Assembly: GCA_036351195.1 (NCBI GenBank)
Contig: JAZBOQ010000143.1
Location: 29,526 to 93,525 of the forward strand
Reading direction: 5' to 3'
DNA length: 64,000 bases
DNA from: Thermoanaerobaculales bacterium
GTDB taxonomy: Bacteria > Acidobacteriota > Thermoanaerobaculia > Thermoanaerobaculales > Sulfomarinibacteraceae
In this document: one piece after another, positions 45,182 to 54,635 of the stretch
Layout of the letters: the number at the start of each line of letters is the position of its first letter
Numbering within the stretch: the stretch's first letter is position 1
Program-made: the position numbers and the translations under genes
The notes under the pieces: model-generated
What the model was told of the DNA's origin: nothing
The model's input: only the letters and a program-made list of their open reading frames with translations
Databases searched by the model: none

Positions 45182-46231
45182 ATGCTCCGGAGGTCCTCAC
45201 CCGCCGCTCGGAATGCCGCACTCGCTCCCGTCATCGCCGCTTTTTTGGCGGCCGGAGCCCTTCATTCAGCCGCCGCCAACCAGATCACCTCCCTCAGCCG
45301 CGGCTACGACGCGGAAGGTTGCACGATCATCACCGCCACCTTCGACGAGCCCGTTTCCCGAGAGCTGGTGCGGCGCTTCGACATCGCCGACCCACCGCGC
45401 GCCGCAGTCGCCATCGAGGGCATCCACCGAAGCCTCGACCCCGGTGAGCTCTTCATCGGCGACGCCCACGTGGTGCGGGTTCGCCTCGTTCACCACGCCG
45501 ACCGGACTCCGCCGGAGCTTCTCGTGGTCATGGACCTGACCGGACCCGAGTCCGAAATTTCCGATCTTCGCGTCGACGGCAGCCGGGTGGAGATCGCCGT
45601 CGGATCCCGGACCACCGCCCCGACGCCTCCGCCGTCCCCCACCTCACCCTCCCCCACTCCGACTCCGCAGGCGACTGGGGCGCCCGAACCGACTCCGACG
45701 ACCACCCCCACAGCAACGCCTCCAGCGTCCATCAGCCCACCCCCGACGCCCACCGCCGCGCCTCCACCTACCGCCACCTTCGAACCGTCGCCCACGCCGT
45801 CACCGACACCATCGAGCACCGCCACGCCATCCAGCGCGCTCCCGCCACCGATCGCGACACCCGCCACGGTCCAGAAAGCCGCCTCCCGGATCGAAGAGAT
45901 CACGCTGAGCAACCGCAGTGACGGGGCGACCCTCCTGCTGGTGTCCGCCAACGGGCGCCTTCCACGGGGTTGTGCCCGGCACATGAACATCGCCGGAACC
46001 GAACCCGCCATCGTGGTCACCCTGCGGGGCCTCAGTGCCCCCGACCTTTCCCGGACCCTGACCTTCGACGACCGCAACATCCACCGCATCCGGTTGGTCC
46101 ACGACGCCGGGACCACCGAGGGGGAGCTCCACCTGCTGATCACACCGACCTCGGACACGGTCGAGGTCCGGCGCTTCGAAACGGCAGGGTCCAACCTGGT
46201 GGTCCTCCTCCAGGGCGGCAGCGACCGGTGA
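45182..46231 (+). CDS. secreted protein with two AMIN domains joined by a Pro/Thr-rich linker
   Basis: ATG 45182 (MLRRSSPAARNAALAPVIAAFLAAGALHSAAA). AMIN-like units (...PPRAAVAIEG...VVRVRLVHH...LLVVMDL; ...PAIVVTLRG...IHRIRLVHD...LHLLITP). Confidence 0.6.
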   Translation: MLRRSSPAARNAALAPVIAAFLAAGALHSAAANQITSLSRGYDAEGCTIITATFDEPVSRELVRRFDIADPPRAAVAIEGIHRSLDPGELFIGDAHVVRVRLVHHADRTPPELLVVMDLTGPESEISDLRVDGSRVEIAVGSRTTAPTPPPSPTSPSPTPTPQATGAPEPTPTTTPTATPPASISPPPTPTAAPPPTATFEPSPTPSPTPSSTATPSSALPPPIATPATVQKAASRIEEITLSNRSDGATLLLVSANGRLPRGCARHMNIAGTEPAIVVTLRGLSAPDLSRTLTFDDRNIHRIRLVHDAGTTEGELHLLITPTSDTVEVRRFETAGSNLVVLLQGGSDR

Positions 46232-47016
46232 ATGCCGGCGTCTCGACCCCCGGCGGCGCCGCGATCGACAGCCTCAGGATGGACCGGCTGATCGGCGAGA
46301 TCACCGTCGCTGACGAAGAGCGGCCATCCCTTCTGCGACTGATGGAGCTTCTCATCGAGCTCCCGCCTCCGCCGCGGGTCGACGACGACTTCCCGCGCTA
46401 CGGCGAGCTCAAGGAGGCCTTCGTCCGCTCCTGCGGCGGAGAGGACGCCGAGATTTTCGAGGAGTCCTTCCTCGAGCTCTACGCCCACCTGCACATGCAC
46501 GAGGCCAGCTACACCCCCTGCGAGCGGCGACGAATGGACTCCACCGGTGGCTACTGGGCCCACGCGGGCGGACTGAGCCCGATCCTCAGGGCTGGACCGT
46601 GGCTCGCCCCCGAATCGCGGAGCGTCGACCTCGGGGCCGGCAACGGTCTTCAGGCCCTGCTCATGCAGCGGCTCTATCCCCACGATCGCTGCTGCCAGGT
46701 CGAGATCTCGGCCTCGGCGGTGGAGATCGGACGCCGACTGCAGGGGTGGCTCGGAATCCCCGACGGTTGCGTAGAGTGGCGGGTGGACGACGTCCTGGAG
46801 ACCCCCCTCGGGGGATGGGACTTCGTCTACCTCTATCGACCGGTGCGACCCGACGGCCCCGGCCGGGTCTTCTACGAGCGCTTGGCGGCCGCCCTGCACG
46901 CCGAGCCGGGCGAGGTGGTGGTCTTCAGCATCGCCGACTGCCTGGGCGATTTCCTGCCGTCGTCCTTCCACCGCTTCTACTCCGACGGCCACCTCACCTG
47001 CTTCCGCAAACTCTGA
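46228..47016 (+). CDS. class I SAM-dependent methyltransferase-like protein
   Basis: GTG 46228 overlaps the AMIN gene stop (GTGA); an alternative ATG lies at 46279. SAM-binding-like VDLGAGNGLQALLM. Confidence 0.55.
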   Translation: MNAGVSTPGGAAIDSLRMDRLIGEITVADEERPSLLRLMELLIELPPPPRVDDDFPRYGELKEAFVRSCGGEDAEIFEESFLELYAHLHMHEASYTPCERRRMDSTGGYWAHAGGLSPILRAGPWLAPESRSVDLGAGNGLQALLMQRLYPHDRCCQVEISASAVEIGRRLQGWLGIPDGCVEWRVDDVLETPLGGWDFVYLYRPVRPDGPGRVFYERLAAALHAEPGEVVVFSIADCLGDFLPSSFHRFYSDGHLTCFRKL

Positions 47017-47058
47017 AGACTCCTCGAACCCGAATCGACACCCACACGCATGGTCGGC

Positions 47059-48654
47059 TCACTCAACCTCTTCCGGGACCGCCTCGTCGAAGCCGAGGAT
47101 CGACCGGATGGCTATCGCAGCATCATCGGCGACGGCGTCGAGGTCGCCGGCGGGGCCCTTGACGGTCGGCACGATGAGGATCTCGTCGGCCTCGATGTCC
47201 TGGATGCGGGCATCGAGACGGACGGTCCCCTCGTCGGTGAAGACCGCATAGGAGCCGAGGACCACGAAGTCGGCGTCCAGTCGTTCGCGCAACCTGGAGA
47301 GGTCCTCCGGCCCGAGGGTGGTCAGGCGGTCGATCTTGAGCTCCGAACGAACCCGCCGGACATCCTCCAGAGACCCCACGGTCAGCACCCCCGGGACCAC
47401 CAAACGGTCGCCGATCAACCGGCACAGGTCGTCCGAGACCCCGGCAGCCGCCGGATTGCCGGTGAGGTTCTCGAAACCGAGGACCGACACCGCCGCCGCG
47501 ACGTCGGCGACGGCGGATTCTACCGGCGCTCTCGCTTCGTGCTGCTGTGGTGCGGGGACGACGGGTCTCCGGTCCAGCACGCCCGCGATCTTCAGCCCGG
47601 CCAGGGACACCGCAGCCAGCAGCATTCCCGCCGCCACCACGTAACCCATTCGCCGTCTGTTCGCGGGGTTGACGGCACGACCGAGAGCTCTCTCGTCCGA
47701 GAGGGCGACGGCGATCTCCTCCACCCGCTCGAAGCGGTCCGCGGGATCGGTCTCGAGGCAGCGCAGCACGACGTCGTCCCAGTGGGCGGGTACACCGCGC
47801 ACCAGCGAGCTCGGGCCGGAGGGCTTTTCGCGCATCTTGTTCAGAGCCATCTGAAAGGCGCTGGATCCCTCGAAGGGCCGCGCCCCGGTGAGCAGTTCGT
47901 AGATCACGAGACCGAGGGCATAGATGTCCGACGCGGTGGTGGCCTCCAGACCCTCCATCTGCTCGGGCGCCATGTACGCGGGAGTTCCCAGCAGCTCTCC
48001 GGTACGGGTCACGGTGAGGTCTTCGTCCCCCAGCGACTCGCGCCTGGCGAGGCCGAAGTCCGCGATCACCACCCGATCGCCATGCTCCTCGGGAACCAGG
48101 AAGATGTTGGAAGGCTTGAGATCGCGGTGGATGATCCCCTGCCCGTGAGCCGCGGACAGGCCGTCGCAGAGCTGCCTGACCACCTCCATCGCGTCGCCCG
48201 GGCTCAGGCCGCCGTCGGCGAGCCGGGCGCGCAGCGACACTCCTTGCAGCAGCTCCATGGTGAGGAAGACCACATCATCGCCATCGCCGGTGGGGTGGCG
48301 GCCGAGATCGAAGATCCGGCACACATTGCGATGGCTCACCCGGCGGGCAATCTGAATCTCGCGCCGGAATCGGTCCAAAGTGGTGGGGTCGTTCAGCGCC
48401 TTGGGCAGGATGGTCTTCAACGCCACCGACTCACCGAGCTCGCGGTCGTGCACCCGGTAAACCTCTCCCATGCCGCCACGTGCAAGGAAACCCTCCACCT
48501 CATATCGCTGGGCGATGAGATCGCCCGGGTTGAATGCTGGTCCGAGGTCGAGATCGGGGTCGATGACTTCGCCGCGGCCCGCAGGAACCTCGGTCAGGGA
48601 AATGTCCCCACCCCCTCCGGGCTTAGCCCGCCGGCCGCTCGTCTCGTCAGCCAC
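47059..48654 (-). CDS. Ser/Thr protein kinase with TM and extracytoplasmic C-terminal domain
   Basis: Kinase motifs [30 protein letters not shown] and APE. A single TM ([17 protein letters not shown]) is followed by [13 protein letters not shown]..., a TolB-N/LpoB-like pattern. GTG 48654 overlaps the upstream stop by 8 nt. Confidence 0.85.
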   Translation of the reverse strand: MADETSGRRAKPGGGGDISLTEVPAGRGEVIDPDLDLGPAFNPGDLIAQRYEVEGFLARGGMGEVYRVHDRELGESVALKTILPKALNDPTTLDRFRREIQIARRVSHRNVCRIFDLGRHPTGDGDDVVFLTMELLQGVSLRARLADGGLSPGDAMEVVRQLCDGLSAAHGQGIIHRDLKPSNIFLVPEEHGDRVVIADFGLARRESLGDEDLTVTRTGELLGTPAYMAPEQMEGLEATTASDIYALGLVIYELLTGARPFEGSSAFQMALNKMREKPSGPSSLVRGVPAHWDDVVLRCLETDPADRFERVEEIAVALSDERALGRAVNPANRRRMGYVVAAGMLLAAVSLAGLKIAGVLDRRPVVPAPQQHEARAPVESAVADVAAAVSVLGFENLTGNPAAAGVSDDLCRLIGDRLVVPGVLTVGSLEDVRRVRSELKIDRLTTLGPEDLSRLRERLDADFVVLGSYAVFTDEGTVRLDARIQDIEADEILIVPTVKGPAGDLDAVADDAAIAIRSILGFDEAVPEEVE

Positions 48655-50368
48655 CGACCCTCCGCGCCAGTGCCCGCGCCAGCATCCGGAGCCGTTCACT
48701 CCACGAGAAGCGCCAGAAGTTGGTGGCCACCACGCCGCGGCTGAAGTAGGTCTTCTCCGAGTAGTCCACCGACACTTCGACCATCACCGGGGTCCCTTGG
48801 CGAACCAGCGCCAGCGCCGCGGGAATCACCGCGTCGAGCTCGCCGTCGCGGATCACCCGGAAGTACCGGCAGCCCACCGCCTCCGCCACGGACTGCACAT
48901 GGTAGTCGCCGATGGTGCTGCAGGTCTGCCGGTTGAGCGGCGTCTTCTGGAACTCGGAGATGAGACCGTGCATGCCGTCCCTCAGGACGCAGATCAACGG
49001 GGCGGCGCCGTAGGTTGTCGCGGTCAGCGCTTCGAGACCCGTCATCAGGAAGGCGCCGTCGCCGGCGAGGGTCACCACGTCCCTCCCCGGGTTGGCGAAG
49101 GCCGCCCCGACGGAGGCGGGCACCGAGTAGCCCATGCACGAGAAATCCACCGGCGCAATGAACCGGCCGGGGCGTTCCAGCCGCAGGTGCTCGGCGGCGA
49201 GGAAGGTGCCGTTGCCGCTGTCGGCAACGTAGATGGCGTCCTCCCCGCAGTGCCGCTGAAGGGCCTGAAACAGCGACGCCGGGCTGACCCGGTTCTTGGA
49301 CAGGCCCTTCGTCCAACCACGCGCGACCCTGGCGTGTCCGTCGGCGATCTCCCTGATGAGCTCTTCGGCGGGCGTCCGCCCCTCGATCATTCCGCCGAGG
49401 GCGTCGAGAAACTCGACGGCGTCGGCGACCACCGCCAGAGTGGCGGGTGCGTTCCGCCCCATCACCTCCGGGTCCAGATCGACGTGAATCACGGTCTCCG
49501 GCGCCTGGAATCCGTACGAGCCCGTCGCCACCTCGCCGAATCGACAGCCCACCGCCAGCAGGCAGTCACAGCGCTTGAGAATCGCCCTGGCGAAAGGCGG
49601 CGTCGCCCGGCCGAGGCCATTCCACACCCACAGCGGGTGAGATTCTGGAAAGACGCCCTTGCCCTGAAAGGTCGTCAGCACCGGGGCGCCGAGCTGCTCG
49701 GCAAGCCGGACCAGGCGTTCGCCACCACCGGCCGCGCCGGCCCCGAGGTAGAGAACCGGTCGGGATGCCTCTCCGAGCATGCGGGCGGCCCGTTCCACGA
49801 GCTCGCGATCCAGATACCGTTCGGGCTCCGGATCGGGAACCCACCCCACCTGGGCGACCTCCTGGGTCAGCATCAGAAAGTTGGCCGGGATCTCCACCGC
49901 CACCGGGCCGGCCGGGGGCCGCCGGGCGATCTGGAAGGCGCGCCGGATGGTCGGGTAGATCTCTTCGGCCGTCTCCACCCGAACCGCGCTCTTGGTCACC
50001 GGCGCGAGCACCGCCAGCTGGTCGATGTCGTGCAGCTGGTAGGCGGCTCCGGTGTCCCGGCGGATGCCACACGCCAGGATCACCAGCGGCACCTGATCCA
50101 TGTAGGCCTCGGCGATGCCCGACATGCTGTGGGTGACCCCGGCGCCGGGCACCACGTTGAGCACGCCCACCTGGTCCGAGGTGCGGGAGACGCCGTCGCC
50201 CATGAAGGCGCCCGCCACCTCGGAGGTCACCAGAATCGCCTCCACGCCGGGCTCCGACTCGAGCGCGTCGTACAGCTCGATGTTGTGCGTCCCCGGGATG
50301 CCGAAGGTCAACGTGACGCCCTCGTCGGCGAGAGCGCGGGCAACGAGCTTCGATCCGCGCGTCTTCAT
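48647..50368 (-). CDS. thiamine-diphosphate-dependent enzyme (acetolactate synthase large-subunit-like)
   Basis: ORF 48647..50368. GVTLTFGIPG N-terminus and TPP motif LAGDGAFLM. The ATG overlaps the GMC gene stop (ATGA). Confidence 0.8.
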   Translation of the reverse strand: MKTRGSKLVARALADEGVTLTFGIPGTHNIELYDALESEPGVEAILVTSEVAGAFMGDGVSRTSDQVGVLNVVPGAGVTHSMSGIAEAYMDQVPLVILACGIRRDTGAAYQLHDIDQLAVLAPVTKSAVRVETAEEIYPTIRRAFQIARRPPAGPVAVEIPANFLMLTQEVAQVGWVPDPEPERYLDRELVERAARMLGEASRPVLYLGAGAAGGGERLVRLAEQLGAPVLTTFQGKGVFPESHPLWVWNGLGRATPPFARAILKRCDCLLAVGCRFGEVATGSYGFQAPETVIHVDLDPEVMGRNAPATLAVVADAVEFLDALGGMIEGRTPAEELIREIADGHARVARGWTKGLSKNRVSPASLFQALQRHCGEDAIYVADSGNGTFLAAEHLRLERPGRFIAPVDFSCMGYSVPASVGAAFANPGRDVVTLAGDGAFLMTGLEALTATTYGAAPLICVLRDGMHGLISEFQKTPLNRQTCSTIGDYHVQSVAEAVGCRYFRVIRDGELDAVIPAALALVRQGTPVMVEVSVDYSEKTYFSRGVVATNFWRFSWSERLRMLARALARRVGG

Positions 50369-51867
50369 GATGTCAGCAACTCCCCGGCGTTGTCTCGGAT
50401 GAACTCGGCGGTACGGTCGGCGAGAGCCATCACCGTCACGTAGGGGTTGACCTCAGAGCACTGCGGGAAGAGGCTCGAGTCCCCGACGAAGAGTCTGGTG
50501 GTCCCGTGGACTCGCCCCCAGCCATCGGTCACCGAGTCGCCGGCGCCGCGACCCATGCGGCAACCGCCCATGAGATGGGCGCTGGTCACCGACATGCGAC
50601 CGGGGACCACGTTGGCACGCGGGATCATCTCATCGACGCGATGTGCGTCCTCGGCGTTGATGAAGAACGAAGATCCGGCGGGCGCATGCACCCGCCTTGC
50701 TCCCGCCGCGAAGAAGATCCGCGAGCTCTCGACCATGCTCCGGTGGAGGGAGTCCAGCACCGCAGGCGTCATCGTGTAGTCGACGACGGGCTCACCGTCG
50801 CCGTTCAGCTCGATCCGGTTGGAGGACAGCGCCGGGTCGATGGCGAGCACCAGGATCATCTGCAGTCTCGGGAAGGCGCGCATGAGCTCCGAGTGTTCGG
50901 CGCCGAATCCGATGAGGTTCTTGGCGGTGGTGAAGGGGAAGTACATGCAGGTCTCGAGGAGAAAGCGCTCCGACTCGACGAAATCGTCGCAGTAGAAGCT
51001 CTTGGGGTGCCCGTGGTCGTTGGTGATCTCCCGCGGGTGCTCTCCGACGAGAATCAGGGCGGGGTGGAGCGTCAGATAGCGGCCGAGGACGGGCAGATGG
51101 TCGCCGAAGCCCGATCGCAGCAGGAGCGCGGTGGAATTGACCGCGCCCCCGGCCACCACCACGACCCGGGCCGTCACCCGGTAGGTTCCCGGCTCCCAGG
51201 CCGACGGCAGGCCGAAACCGGGATCGGCAACCACAGCATCGCAGCCCTCCTCGTCCACCCGGGTCACCCGGCAGTTGGTGACCACCTCGACCCCGGCCGC
51301 TTCCGCCACCGGCAGTTGGACCTTGTGGGTGCCCTGCTTGGCGCCGTTGGGACAGCCCAGGTTGCACAGACTCGACGCGCGACACCCTTTGACGTTGATG
51401 GGAAACTGACGGCAGCGATAACCGAGCTTCGTGCACCCGGCGCGGAAGAGAAGGTTGTTCTCGTTGATCTTCGATTCGTCCAACAGGTGAACGTTGTTCT
51501 CCTCGAGGACCTTGGCCGAACGCCGCTGGAGATCGTCGTGGACGATGCCGGGAACGTCCCAGCGCTCCACGACCTCCCGCGGCATCACCAGCGAGGTGCC
51601 GGTGTAGACCACCGTGGAGCCACCGTAGGCCCGCCCGTAGGCCAGAGTCATGGTCCGGTCTCGGGTGAGCACCCCGCCCGAGTCGAAGTAGAGCTGCTTC
51701 GCCATCTCCACCTCGTGGCCGGTGTAGGCGTCATCGGCCAGCCTCGGTCCCCACTCCAACACCGCGATGCGCTTGCCGGCCTCCACCAGAGGCGCCAGCT
51801 CCTTGGCCAGGGTGCCGCCGGCCGCCCCCGAGCCCACGATGACGACGTCGAAGTCTCTCTCACGCAC
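50365..51867 (-). CDS. GMC-family FAD-dependent oxidoreductase
   Basis: FAD motif DVVIVGSGAAGG right after GTG 51867. C-terminal GMC-like HLMGGCRMG. 8-nt overlap with the upstream small gene. Confidence 0.8.
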   Translation of the reverse strand: MRERDFDVVIVGSGAAGGTLAKELAPLVEAGKRIAVLEWGPRLADDAYTGHEVEMAKQLYFDSGGVLTRDRTMTLAYGRAYGGSTVVYTGTSLVMPREVVERWDVPGIVHDDLQRRSAKVLEENNVHLLDESKINENNLLFRAGCTKLGYRCRQFPINVKGCRASSLCNLGCPNGAKQGTHKVQLPVAEAAGVEVVTNCRVTRVDEEGCDAVVADPGFGLPSAWEPGTYRVTARVVVVAGGAVNSTALLLRSGFGDHLPVLGRYLTLHPALILVGEHPREITNDHGHPKSFYCDDFVESERFLLETCMYFPFTTAKNLIGFGAEHSELMRAFPRLQMILVLAIDPALSSNRIELNGDGEPVVDYTMTPAVLDSLHRSMVESSRIFFAAGARRVHAPAGSSFFINAEDAHRVDEMIPRANVVPGRMSVTSAHLMGGCRMGRGAGDSVTDGWGRVHGTTRLFVGDSSLFPQCSEVNPYVTVMALADRTAEFIRDNAGELLTS

Positions 51868-52276
51868 GGCCGAGTCCTCCGCGGCCGTCGAACTCGGGCG
51901 CGTACCCGACCTCGGCCCGAGCCTCGGGCCGGCCGTAGTAGCCCATGAAGACCATCGCCTTGAGGCCCCAGAAACCTTGCCTGAAAAGCCCAACCGGACC
52001 GTCCTGGAACCACCGAAGAACAGCGACTCGGCGCTCCGGACCCAACCGGTCGAAGGTGCGCCCGTAGCGCAGCACCGGAGCGAAACGGATGAGCTTCAAG
52101 AACGTGCCGATCTGCTGTCTCGTGCCCGAGTCCCGGTCCATCAGCGCCGCGTCCACGATGCCGATCATTCGGCTGCGGCCTTCAGCATCCAGGGTCGCAA
52201 CCTCGGGCGTGACCGTTTCCGCGACATCCAGGAAAACCTCCGCCGCACTTTTCGGAAGGGACTTCATGGCATTCAT
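51860..52276 (-). CDS. small hypothetical protein co-transcribed with GMC oxidoreductase (possible accessory subunit)
   Basis: ORF 51860..52276, 138 aa. No motifs recognised. Overlaps the GMC start. Confidence 0.5.
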   Translation of the reverse strand: MNAMKSLPKSAAEVFLDVAETVTPEVATLDAEGRSRMIGIVDAALMDRDSGTRQQIGTFLKLIRFAPVLRYGRTFDRLGPERRVAVLRWFQDGPVGLFRQGFWGLKAMVFMGYYGRPEARAEVGYAPEFDGRGGLGRA

Positions 52277-52395
52277 TGTAACCGGCCGGTCATCGGGATC
52301 GCCGGGTCTTCACCCGCGACGACTCTACCGGGAGTCGATGAGTCCGGATCCGATTCGGTCGCGTTAGAATCTGGTGAGGGCTCGTTGGAGGTTGT

Positions 52396-52806
52396 GTGAA
52401 GGCATCGACACTCTTGGTCGTTACTGCCGTCGCGGTGGTGGTGATGGTCGGCTGCGGCGGCGGTGGTGGGTGCGGCTGCGACCTGCCCCGCCGGGCCAAC
52501 GACTGGCTCATCGCCATCGACTTCAGCGGCATCCCCGACGAGGTCGTCGATTACCCCGTCTTCGTGAACACCAGCGTCCGAGTAACCCACTTCGAGACCG
52601 GGCGTCCGGCGCCTGACGGGATCTTCATCTATCTGGCCATTGCCCCCGGGAACTTCGAGGGCGACGATGCCGAGGTCGAAATTCCCGCCGCCAACGGGCG
52701 GGTGGATGCGGCGATCGAGGTCAACGGCCCCGGCCGGTACACCCTCACCGTCACGGTTTCGGGCGGCGGCATCCCCGTCACCTCTTCGTTCAACGTCGGC
52801 CCATGA
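52396..52806 (+). CDS. hypothetical lipoprotein
   Basis: GGAGG SD plus GTG 52396. Signal and lipobox VVMVGC followed by a Gly/Cys run (GGGGGCGC). Ig-like-sounding C-terminus. Confidence 0.6.
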   Translation: MKASTLLVVTAVAVVVMVGCGGGGGCGCDLPRRANDWLIAIDFSGIPDEVVDYPVFVNTSVRVTHFETGRPAPDGIFIYLAIAPGNFEGDDAEVEIPAANGRVDAAIEVNGPGRYTLTVTVSGGGIPVTSSFNVGP

Positions 52807-52816
52807 GGACAAACGC

Positions 52817-53647
52817 CTAACGCAGACCGAACCTGCGCCCGAGAATCACTGCGAGGAGCTTCTTCGGCAAGCGTGAAATCATCGGCACCAGCCAGGCGCC
52901 GCCGCCGATCTTGAGCAGAGCCGGAGGGTTCGGCTTCGTCGCCGCCCGGACCACCCTCCGGGCGAAATCGTCCGCCGCCATGGCCATGTTCCTCGACATT
53001 CCCGCCCGTTCCACCATGGCATCGACGTGGTCGCTGTACAGCGACGACGGGTCCCGGTAGCGATCGAGGCCCCGGGCTGCCGAATCCGGAAAGCTCGTCG
53101 CCACCGCTCCGGCGCGCACCACCATCACCGAAATACCGAACGGATCGAGCTCGGGGCGGAGGGCGTCCGACAGCAGGTGCAGGGCCGCCTTGCTCGCGGA
53201 GTAGGCGCCGCCGTAGGGGGTGGCGAGCAGGCTGGAGACGGAACCGATGTTGACCAGGCACCCTCGGCCTCGCGCCGCCATGTGGGGCACCACCGCGCGG
53301 ATCATCTCCACGGCGCCGACCACGTTGGTCTCCAGCTGGCGCCGAAGATCCTCGGCCTCGAGCTCGGCCACCGGTCCGATGAGACCGTAGCCGGCGTTGT
53401 TGACGAGCACGTCGATGTGCCCCATCGAGTCCACGGCCGCCGCCACCGCAGACCTGATGCTCGCCGCCTCGGTCACGTCCAGGGCAAGGCACGTCACCCC
53501 GCGGCCGGCCAGATCCTCGATGGACTCCGGGCGCCGGGCCGTGGCCACCACCCCCCACCCGGCGTCGACGAAGGCGCCGACCAGTGCCCGCCCGATTCCC
53601 GACGAACATCCGGTGACCAGCGCCACCGGGCTCTCACTCACCGCCAT
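52817..53647 (-). CDS. short-chain dehydrogenase/reductase (SDR)
   Basis: SD GGAGGGAGG plus ATG 53647. TGCSSGIG cofactor motif, NNAG and YSASK catalytic motif. Confidence 0.85.
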   Translation of the reverse strand: MAVSESPVALVTGCSSGIGRALVGAFVDAGWGVVATARRPESIEDLAGRGVTCLALDVTEAASIRSAVAAAVDSMGHIDVLVNNAGYGLIGPVAELEAEDLRRQLETNVVGAVEMIRAVVPHMAARGRGCLVNIGSVSSLLATPYGGAYSASKAALHLLSDALRPELDPFGISVMVVRAGAVATSFPDSAARGLDRYRDPSSLYSDHVDAMVERAGMSRNMAMAADDFARRVVRAATKPNPPALLKIGGGAWLVPMISRLPKKLLAVILGRRFGLR

Positions 53648-54554
53648 GTTCAGCCTCCCTCCGTCCCGCCCCGCAGTGCGCCACGAAGTTTCGAATCTCG
53701 TTGAAGTACCGATCACCGCCGCGCAGCCAGGTCTCATTGTGGGCCGCCCCCGGAATCTCGACGAAACGGACATCTCCCCGAGCGGCCTCGAACAGCCGGC
53801 GGCCGAGCTCGAAGGGAACCACCTCGTCGGCAGGTGAGTGGGCGACCATCACCGGGCAGGACACCCGGGCGATCTTCTCCTTCGAGTCCATGCGGGTTCT
53901 GATCAACCAGCCTGGAACGAAGGGGTAGTGGCGCCGCGCCATGTCCGGCACCGACGTGAAGCTCGACTGCACGATGAGACCGGCCGGCTCGACCTCAGCG
54001 GCAAGGTCCACCGCCACGCCACCACCCAGGCTCACTCCGTAGATCACGACCCGCTTCGGTGGAACGCCCAGGTCTCCGGTGAGATGCCTCCACGCACCCC
54101 GGGCGTCCCGGTAAAGGCCCCCTTCCGTCGGCCGGCCTTCGCTGCGGCCGTAGCCCCGGTAGTCGACAATGAAGACCTGTGCCGGCAGGCGGGACAGCAT
54201 CAGCATGACATCGGCGCGGTGGGCCAGGTTGCCGGCGTTGCCGTGGAACCACAGCAAGGTCATCGGCGGCGAGTCCGGTCGATCTTTGCCGACGCCTTCC
54301 GGGCGGCAGAGCCACCCGTGCAGGCGGGTACCGTCCTCCGCCGTAAAGAACCGGTCGGTCACGATCGCACCCGAACCCGCCGCCACTGCGGCGGTGTCCC
54401 ACTCCCCGGAGGGGTAGGGATCAGGAAAGAAGATCAACGACTCTTCGAACCACGCCATGGTGACGAAGATCGTAGCGCAGAGCACCGCGGCGCTCACCAG
54501 CGGCCGAAACCACACCGGCCGCTTTCGCCGTCGGAGAGTCCACGGTTCCGCCAT
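53634..54554 (-). CDS. membrane-anchored alpha/beta hydrolase
   Basis: ATG 54554. N-terminal TM LVSAAVLCATIFVTMAWF and nucleophile elbow GVSLGG. 14-nt overlap with the SDR start. Confidence 0.75.
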   Translation of the reverse strand: MAEPWTLRRRKRPVWFRPLVSAAVLCATIFVTMAWFEESLIFFPDPYPSGEWDTAAVAAGSGAIVTDRFFTAEDGTRLHGWLCRPEGVGKDRPDSPPMTLLWFHGNAGNLAHRADVMLMLSRLPAQVFIVDYRGYGRSEGRPTEGGLYRDARGAWRHLTGDLGVPPKRVVIYGVSLGGGVAVDLAAEVEPAGLIVQSSFTSVPDMARRHYPFVPGWLIRTRMDSKEKIARVSCPVMVAHSPADEVVPFELGRRLFEAARGDVRFVEIPGAAHNETWLRGGDRYFNEIRNFVAHCGAGRREAEHGGE

Positions 54555-54635
54555 ACCCAAGTATCGCCCCGTTCCGCCGGTTTTGCACAACGCCGTCGGT
54601 GGAGTCGGCACCCGATAATCAGTTAGAGTGAGGTC

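Noticed and set aside
45600-45850. Apparent repetitive DNA in the AMIN protein gene
   Set aside because: It encodes a Pro/Thr/Ser/Ala-rich interdomain linker. It is compositionally biased with no exact DNA repeat unit.
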